From positions 865,393 to 929,392 of the forward strand of contig NIVC01000103.1 in the NCBI GenBank assembly GCA_002269645.1: a stretch of 64,000 bases of DNA, written 5' to 3'. Made by a program: the position numbers and the translations under genes. Every line of letters starts with the position of its first letter. Position 1 is the first letter of the stretch. The DNA is from Macrostomum lignano. Lineage: Eukaryota. Shown here in pieces: positions 57,001 through 64,000 of the stretch. The notes under the pieces are model-generated. The model saw nothing but the letters and a program-made list of their open reading frames with translations, had not been told where the DNA came from and did no database searches.

Positions 57001-60000
57001 ATGTCAGTTGTTTGTGACATGACTCCAACAGCAGACAAAGTAGCCTAGTAAATTCAACAAGTTTTACTGCACAATATTTTCTAGTTTGAATGTGCAAACT
57101 TAAAACTGTGAAACTGTCACCAATTTACATTGGTGTCAAGTACCAATAACCAATGAACAAACCAAAGATCTGAGAGTGACCCAGCCTCACTTGTTTTACA
57201 AATGAATAGAAAACGGAAAATTGAACTGTTTTGAGGATATCCACAATAATTACTTGTTCATTTAAACAAATATAGCATCTAAAATGTTTATACAATATGA
57301 TACTTATATACATATATAATGCACAAAGAAATAGCCTAAGAAAAACTTAAGTATATAAACAACAAAGGGCAAATATGCAATTTCTGCAAATTTTATACAA
57401 ATATGACAAATAAACATGATTTTGTTGGTCAATTATTTATGAGGTTCTCATTTGTAAACCCCTTTGGCCAAAATGACTAATAATATCTAACTTTTGCCAT
57501 TATGTCCTTCACCACATTTTTTCTACCAAAATGACTATATCCCTTATGATCCCCCTTCTCCCTAGTCCATTATGCCAAGCATGCAACATAGGCAGTTTAG
57601 GCCTAAGCCTCTAGTAAGTCAGGTATAAGTGATAAAATTTTTTTAATTTACCCCCTGACATAAATTTCAGTGTCAAGATCATATACTAGTGTATGCCAAA
57701 ATGAAATTTACTTCCCTAGCTCCAGTATGCCAATGTATGCCAACACATTGCACAAAAATATGCCAAAGAAAAAAATGAAAAAAATGACAACCAAAATTTT
57801 AGGTTTGTGAATTTTTTATCTTAGCAAAAAAGATAAATAAAAACTAATTTCACTAAACCATAGTGAATTAGTTTATTTTAATTATTTCTGTTTTACTTTT
57901 AACTTCCTAGAAAAGTTAAACATAATTTTTTAAATAATTTTTTCTGTTAATCTTTGGGAGCTATTATTTTTTTATTAAAATTTAGCTACTTTAACTATGC
58001 ATGTCAAATTTAAACTTGGCCATTTTTGTACGCTAATTATATTACATTGGTTGGGACTTAGAACTTTGTCCTATCTGCTGTCTTGGCAATCTCTATGATT
58101 ATATATCAAGCTATATACCAGGGGGTAGATTAGGCAATGTAAGTTTTGCTTGTATCTAAAATCATAAAATCTACAATATAAAATGTCATTGGATTGTCTG
58201 TTGTTAGATCATCTTGTCACTAGATTGACTAGAAGATAAAGTATAGTTTTTAATTTTATATATAAAAAAATTCTTTTTATAATGGCTGGTATCTTTTTTA
58301 ATAAAAATGGTATATTATGGCATATTTCTAGCATAATTTAGGGTGACACAACAAACAATCTAATATAATAATGTGTTTGATTATAAAACTGGGTAGTGTG
58401 CAGCCTTTAGTGAAAAAAAGAATGCATCAATTTAATGCAGTTTCCCATTTTTTAAATTCCTTAAAACAATAATGCAATATCATCATTATAATAAAACAAG
58501 CTATTGAAACCTATGTATTTTGAATAAATGTTTATTATCACCAGATTGTCTGTCTAGATCATCCTATTGCTAGATTGACTGGATACTTGTCAGGCCCCCT
58601 TATATGCCAATAATGTGTGCCAGGCATTGCCAGATCCTTTGGTATACCAAGAAATTTTTAGCAAATTTCTAGAATATTCTAGCATATATGTATGAGTGTT
58701 GGAAACATATCAACTTTTTTGTCAACTGCTTAGCTATATAGTAAATTCATCAACTAGGGGTAGTAAATTATTTAACATAGTATAATATATATAGCTATTT
58801 TACTTCACAAAAATAATAGATTCAAAAAACCAATGAATCAAGTTATGTTATTGTAGTATTGTTTTTTAGGTATCCATAAGACATGACAATTGTCATCAAT
58901 TATCAATCATGACAATTATGATAATTCTCACCATTACTGTCACTATATCAGTAGATAATTTATTGCTGCAAAATCTTTGCACTAGATTGACTAGATAAGA
59001 GACAACAATGCACACTAGTCAGTAGTCTACCATGTACAAATATAATAAAATACAAGATACAATAAAATTGAAAAAACAATGAAAACAATTTTCTATGTGA
59101 ACATCATACCATAAGTTGTAAGATCCCAATCTTGATCAATTTCAATTTGAACAAGTTTTAATAAATTTAACTCAACCATAAACTATAAATTAATTTTTAC
59201 ATACATACAAATTAAGACTTTATTGCTTTTGCTTTGGTTTGCATCTCTTACTTCTAGGCCTACTTCATTAGACTGCATATCAATTATGAGCTATGCAAAT
59301 AGTACATGGTCATTTTATCTACTATCCTTTTGTCTACCAAAAGACAAAATGAATTTTCAAACATAAGCAGCAAAATAGGTTTTATAAATGGCCAGAAGTA
59401 ATCTATGGTTTATTTTTAATGATTTCAATTTGCAAGTAATTTTTAGATTTAGAATTAGATATAATCTTTGTATTTTTTATTTTGTTTATGGCAATGTTTC
59501 TAAGAAATATCAATTCCTCCTTTGTTAATTTAGCTATAGGTATTCTTTTATAAAGTAACATGTGCACTCTTACATATACTTGTGCTTCTTTAAATTGAAT
59601 ATATTAAATTTTTTATATTGTCCAATACAAAATAAATGAATTCTAATAAATAATAATTCTAACTAGGCTAACTGTTTTTGAGCTTTGAAGCTTTGAGACA
59701 GTTAGAGATAGATAATATGGGGTCATATGAGATCATGACAAAAATGCATTGATTTTTGTTCCATTGCAAAATTTATTAAATACAAACTAACCCTATTGGA
59801 ATAAATGTTAAAAACCCGCGGACGCGTGCTTTAGAAAAGAGTCAAACTATTTTACCGCACTTTAGGATTATTAGAGATGTTCCAAAATATCTGCAGCTTC
59901 GTCAAAATCAAAATTTGCTAACTTTTCAAAATCAAAATTGAAATTTCCCAAAATCATAATTCAGAAAAACAAAGTTTAGTATGGTCAACACTCACTTTTT

Positions 60001-61927
60001 TACTTTCAATTTACTGCTTAAGCAAAAAGTAATACATGTATATGTTGTAGAAAGTAGTTTATTTTTAGCGACTTTTTAGACACTACCAAAATTTTCACTT
60101 CTAAATTTTTTTTGAAATTGAAATTTGCTCTAAAAAATTTCAAATTTTGGAAAATTGACATTGAATTTTCGGAACATCTCTAAGCTTAATAAATTACAAG
60201 TGTATAAGCCCCTTCAACAGAGGTATTATACCCATTTCCATGTATATGTATTTGCTAGAGCAGCAGCCAGTAAGAAAGGGCAGCGCATGCGCGCGCAGGC
60301 GCTGCGCCTGTGCGCGCGCTGCACTTTAGAAAAATTTCAAAAGTGTGCTGGACACCGTCCGCAGTTTTACAACTTTTTCCTATAGGGCAAACTAAAATAT
60401 TCAGAAATTACTCATTCAAGTAATTATTACTAACAAATGATATTGATATCTTAATCATTGTTATCTTAATCACTATCTCAAATTAATGACAACTGACATT
60501 AGGCCATTTTACACTTATTAAAGTATTTACTATTTATTAGAGACAAAACAACTATGATATTCTTATAGACAAAACATACTTGGGTGCAACCTAGGGATTT
60601 ACCTGGCCATTTCTAATGGCAACATGCATATGTAAGTCATTATTGGATAGATTAATTAGTCACGTGACTGCTCTTAGCCAATAGCGACTTACATGTGTGT
60701 GTTGCTGATAGAAATAGCCAAGTGATTCCCAAGGTTGCGCATTAGTAATGAATCTGAATATTTGTATTTAGATTTTGAATAAAAAAAAGTCTTATTTTTT
60801 TAGAAATCCAAATGTTTCAGATTCGGAAATTTTATTTTTCAAATTTCCAAATGTACATCCAAATATGAAAAAATCAAAAAACCAAAATAAAATTATGCAA
60901 ATATAAAAGAAATACAACTTTTGAAAAAAGAAAGTAAATAAAAAAACTAGAACTCAAAATTGAATATCATATGGTTTGTTTTTACAATTGTCTGTTTTTG
61001 CAGTATTATATATTCTTAAAGTGCTAGAGTGCTATTAAGTAAAGTTACTTAACTTCAGGAACTATGAGGCATTTAACCTAAAGTTGCAGAAACATTTTGA
61101 GGTAATCATTACTTTCTTTTTTCAAAATGCAAATGTAACAGACTATGTACACTATATATAGTAAAGTTATCAAATTGCACAAATGTAATATCAGTTAGTA
61201 ATTAGATTAGAAATAAAATAATTAAGTTCAATTCAATTCAGATACTAGATAGATGTAGTATAAGCACGAGCTAGATTGAATCTTGTCAGTAAATTAATGT
61301 ACAGCACTTATACAATTACTAATTAGATGATGATACATTTTTGTAATGAAAAGGTGTCATAGTTACTTCCACTGTTTACCTTTTACTTTTTTACATTTGG
61401 ATTTGGTTTTGGAAACTTGCAAAACTCTACATTTGGTCATTGGTCTATCACTATTGCATATGTATGAGACAAAGGAATAGTAGACAAACTGGCAGTAGAC
61501 AAAATAACCATTAACCATGCAAACTATGGCAAACTTGTCAACATAGTTGACAAAAAATAGAAAAGTGACAATGTAGATAATTGGAAAACAATGATATAAT
61601 AGCCTAGCTAGACATTTAGACAAAGTACTTAAACCTGGAATATTTGATAATGGCTATCAAAAATAGAATACCACTTTTTATGTATACATTATAATCAACA
61701 TATTAATTAGATAAAAAATAGTCTTTAAAAAAATATTTTTTATTAGTGCAATAGATTACTCTTTACTTACCTTCACTACTACTGGCACTTTTAATAATAC
61801 TACTTCCTTGACTTGAATTAGAAATTGTATTCCCAATTCCACGACCATAATTTCCACCAGCTCCAATCAATTGTAATCTTTTGTCTTTCTTGGCTAGACC
61901 ATCAGCTTTAGTGTTTTGTGCTCCCAT
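41525..61927 (-). CDS. abl: Abl-family non-receptor tyrosine kinase (~1155 aa)
   Basis: Exons 61927-61771 (MGAQNTK, myristoylation-type start, phase 1), 56522-56029 (SH3 ALYDF...GWVPSSY; SH2 WYHGQVSR...[15 protein letters not shown]), 50282-49956 (SH2 C-half, [20 protein letters not shown]), 47241-47154 ([10 protein letters not shown]), 46619-46183 ([30 protein letters not shown]), 45655-45463, 44530-44360 (donor uncertain), 43648-43343, 42819-41525 (polyQ tail, C-terminal helical region ending ELQQLLKR*). These motifs are diagnostic of Abl rather than Src. Confidence 0.92.
44660..45345. promoter_or_regulatory. 29-bp minisatellite containing about a dozen consensus kB motifs (GGGRNWYYCC)
   Basis: GGGAATTTCC, GGGGAATTCCCC, GGGAATCCCC and GGGATTTCCC are repeated. 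The motif match is direct; function is unproven. Confidence 0.35.
45850..47845. repeat. Abl intronic minisatellites: 22-bp (45850-46125), ~20-bp (46635-47140), 47-bp (47350-47845)
   Basis: GAAGATAAATATCCCACACCCT; GGGTCAGAGGGTCAGTTAGT; GAGCGGAAAATGGGGTGGAGGGGAGCGGAACAGAGAGCGGAAGAAGG. Confidence 0.92.
48530..49900. repeat. 23-bp minisatellite (Abl intron 3)
   Basis: CAGCTGGTATTGGGCGATTTT(A/G)T units. Confidence 0.96.
50955..51129 (-). repeat. 3' LTR of the Gypsy element
   Basis: Direct repeat of 55465-55639; TATAAATA on the minus strand. Confidence 0.95.
51381..55394 (-). CDS. Gag-Pol polyprotein (Gag with zinc knuckles, protease, RT, RNase H, integrase)
   Basis: Single open frame from ATG 55394 ([10 protein letters not shown]): [50 protein letters not shown], and D-D-E (GADLLGP, TDNGPPF, NGITER), in Gypsy order PR-RT-RH-IN. 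Confidence 0.95.
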   Translation of the reverse strand: MAQALQLAAPDAFDLEGDPLTRAQRWKTWTRRFNSYIRAAGITDATQQLELLVYTAGEKLEDFMDDNGVKKGESAEELIKELQGIFDQKNSVVFLRYQFEICRQEEGESIEAWYHRLRKAADQCTFGELRDSLIRDKIVAHYRSERIRRELLQLNDVSLDDVLKRIRAREAAEQQAQAMEIGAAADTGHPSASNVAALRPPRNRPSHTTRPAAAARDSGINCDRCGRPGHQTCEAARNKACRRCGKMGHFARACRGAAKVPLRTVDEPQEEAPPGRVEYLQDDPIEHELFTLRNCGSAWTPATINGLKTKVLIDSGAACNIIDRAAYDRMPQKAALQPASDKVYPYGSQEPLRLLGKADLQVSVFEIHETLPFLVLDGEGACIIGRRSAERLQILRVGPENTVAYQLRPSPEVSLDSMLTGIPKDVLHAPGAPALHELLTENALVFSGIGRLKNYAARIFLEEGARPVCHPPSRVPIHLAQAVDAELQCLEDQGIIEPVEGPCPWVARIVVVPKQTPGEIRITQDLRDLNKSVIRERHPIPIPTFEEVTGDMAGAQLFSELDIAKAFYQIPVADECRHLLTFSTPRGLRRLTRLCMGLSTAQEILQAGMSSVLAGLPKVKWIHDDIIVYGHSVAEHHSNLQACLRRLAQHGLTLNPLKCKLARTEVTFMGMQLSSEGVRPTQSKLEAIHAFAEPKTATEVRSFLGLVNYLASFTPGLADVARPLRNLTRKGEPWAWTNLEKRAFDDVKTRIATSGTLAFFNHRLATQLIVDAGPAGLGAILTQTQADGTNRPVAYASRTLSDVEQRYSQTEKEALAVKYGCLKFQYYLHGAPTFTVVTDHKPLIALFSSGSRPPPRIERMALRIQHMKFTVEYQPGPLNPADVLSRQPLPTRGRNVGEELDTLCIAAIVQAAIPNALSLSSVQESSLQDATIQAAIRSLETGRWSLESAETRSLHALRNELSAADGVLLRGQRIVVPMALRRLVLDLAHRGHQCLRKTVDRLSTKVWWPRMQTEAELFVRACRACAATSHAADVTAAPLKPTPIPKAAWLTLGADLLGPIQGSMLLVCVDHYSRFPEVEIVQTTTAEALIPKLRNSFARFGIPQVLVTDNGPPFSSAQFKGFLGSHGIRQRLITPLHPQANGITERLNRSINKVVRAAIAQKRDWRAALDEWLLAYRCTPQRTTNRAPAELLLGRVPNDAIPSIRPSRPVAIADRRLRQQDASSKAKGKRYTDKRRQARPHGLKVGDTVLRRRLNPLKGEAPFEWTPWLVESVKGDSMTIRQGARVCRRHCTDLKRVAPDAEPDFPVGETAPPILQAAGSEPATPPIALRPHPERPR
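55465..55639 (-). repeat. 5' LTR of the Gypsy element
   Basis: Direct repeat of 50955-51129, followed by the PBS. Confidence 0.95.
59806..60371. mobile_element. Putative MITE / non-autonomous DNA element
   Basis: Imperfect terminal inverted repeats (TGTTAAAAACCCGCGGACG / CGTCCGCAGTTTTACA), an internal inverted pair TTAGAGATGTTCC(A/G)AAAT, and a GC hairpin near 60280-60325. CpG-rich within a CpG-free region. No TSD found. Confidence 0.4.
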
Positions 61928-64000
61928 AGTACAAAGAGCAGGGAAACAAAAACAAAACTTAGCAGCACATTAATAAACAATGCATACATTTCAATGGCAT
62001 GTTAGGCCTTATTTGCATTTGCATTAACGCACATCTGGCTGGCACCATGAAGACTAAATTTAATATTAAAGGATTACTACGCTAACGTTATTTTCATGGT
62101 TAAAAGTGTATATAACAATTAATAAATAGGGCTAGCCGAACTAGCGCTAGGGATCCACAACGACGTCAACACTCAACAGTGAAGTCAAGACGAAGACCAA
62201 TTACTAAGAAGACTGCTAGCTGTACTAGGGGCACTAGCCTACTAAAATTTTCAGGACCTAAAGAAATTTAAAGCGGCTAATATTTTGAATAAAACAATCA
62301 GGTTAGGTTTGATAATGATAACTATTTTGAAATTAGGACGCCAAGAAAAGCCTTGACAAGCTCAAATGAGGTCGATTTGTAGATTTCTAGGAAATATGTT
62401 TTTTTGTAGGTAGTTAAAAAGATGCAACAAAAAGTTTTGTCATTCTAAAGATTTATGCTAAAAAATTAAATAATTAGGACTGGCTTCGACTTTCTACAAT
62501 AAAAAGCTGAAAAAAAGTCATGTATTTTTCAACTTTTGTTATACGCATTTGAAAATGTTCTTAATTTTTTTTAATTACCGAGAGAAAAATTTTAGCGAAA
62601 TACAATACTAAATTAGCATTCAATTAAAAACGGATTCTTATTTCTAATCTTGTGTATAATCTAAAGCTAAGTGGACCGACCGCGGCCCGCCGGCTGGCCG
62701 GACCAAATGGAACTCTTCCTACTAGACGACTATCAACTCAAATGCGTAGTATATATAGTAGTAAACCGAAGTATAGCTAGCTTAGTAACTTGTAATAAAG
62801 TACATGTAGCTCAGACAAGACAGCCGGCTTGGCCAATTTAAGGAATAATATAAATAGGACATATTCTTGGTCCTTTATCGTATTTTGAAAGAACTATTTG
62901 TTAACTGAATGCATGTAAGTATTTGCATTGTAATCTACGCATATGCGAACATTTTCTATTATAAATCTATAATATTAGCCTAATTTTGCGTGAATTTAAT
63001 ATTTGCCGTATATAAAGCAAAAACGATAAATCTCAAGTTGTACATGTACATAGAGGCGCGAGGATAAGGTTAGTATCGATCAGAAAACTTGGAGCTATGA
63101 TGGATCTGCATTTTACATGTGTATATTTCTGAATAAAATGCATTTGTACATGTATGTGTAAATGTACATATAAAATCGCAGACTCGACAGGAAGATGAAA
63201 GACTCATCAGGCTAGGGGCCCGCTCATGAATTTTGTGGGCCAAGCTTTGGATAAAAGAGAATTTACACATGGAAGGTTTTGAATTTTGTCTACATGTACT
63301 ACATGTACTAGCGCAGATCGATTTGCAGGCAGCTGATCATGAGGAATTGTAAACAGGAAAATACACAGTTTAGGTGGATTTTTTACGTTATGGATCTTGT
63401 TTTTGCAGTTTACTGAGCAGATAATAATAGTCCAGTCAAGGTGTGTGACGCACGTCCGTAATTGGGGAGCAGGAAAGTGGGTGGGTGCTTATGATCGAAA
63501 GAGGAAGTGAAGAAAAGGAAGAAAAGAAGTGAGGAAAGCGATGAGATGCTAACGCCCTTAATGCTAAAGCTAAGCTAATGATGCTGAAACGAAGCTTTGA
63601 AGCCGAAGGTTTTTTACCGATTAACTTCTATTTGATTTTTTACATTGGCTTTAATTGCAGCTCAAGACAGAGGTCTTCAAGATTCAGTTCTTACACGCAT
63701 CCATCTATACATTCCTTATTACTACTCAAACAACTCTCGCGCTAAATTTGCAAACAATTTCTCAAGCTCCCATTAACTGCAGCAGGTGTTTGGCAGCTGG
63801 ATACGGTTACAGAAGCCATTCCAATGCTCGCTAATGATTGCTTGTTGAAACGCCATTGGCTTCACTGTCTGTCAATTCAGAAGCACCAGGTGCAGTGAAT
63901 TTGATTCCTTGGGAATTTTCTCCTAAAAAATCAACTTCTCTTGCTGTTTAGGTCTACATATAGTCCCCCTCGGCAATGAGCTGCCGCGAGAGAGCTACAT

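Noticed and set aside
63780-63925. Possible minus-strand exon at the window end
   Set aside because: An acceptor-like site but only ~30 codons and no homology; cannot be supported.

Overview
Eukaryotic (animal) genomic DNA with spliceosomal introns, nearly every intron carrying its own minisatellite. Tandem-repeat-filled introns, GC-rich exons and polyQ tracts suggest a free-living flatworm such as Macrostomum, but that is inference only. All host genes are on the minus strand. (1) 0.3-38.7 kb holds a tandem array of five 7-exon genes encoding compact (~340-390 aa) divergent Rel-homology-region (NF-kB/Dorsal-like) proteins: DNA-binding domain + IPT domain + basic NLS, with no ankyrin repeats. 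All share intron phases 2,1,1,1,0,1 and an unusual YHRFRYE[T/S/K]E recognition loop lacking the canonical Cys. One of the five is a chimera made by an ~8.3 kb tandem duplication: DNA-binding exons of one paralog are joined in frame to IPT/NLS exons of another, and the redundant exon has lost its splice acceptor and is decaying. (2) 41.5-61.9 kb holds a 9-exon Abl tyrosine kinase (myristoylation-type N-terminus, SH3, SH2, kinase, low-complexity tail, putative F-actin-binding end) with Ala at the gatekeeper position. (3) Mobile elements: an intact young Ty3/Gypsy LTR element in Abl intron 2, a 5'-truncated APE-RT-RNaseH LINE in the chimeric gene, three tRNA-derived CORE-like SINEs, and older decayed repeats. 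A minisatellite with about a dozen consensus kB sites lies ~6 kb upstream of the Rel-like array. Exon models, coordinates and counts were derived by hand and need transcript confirmation.
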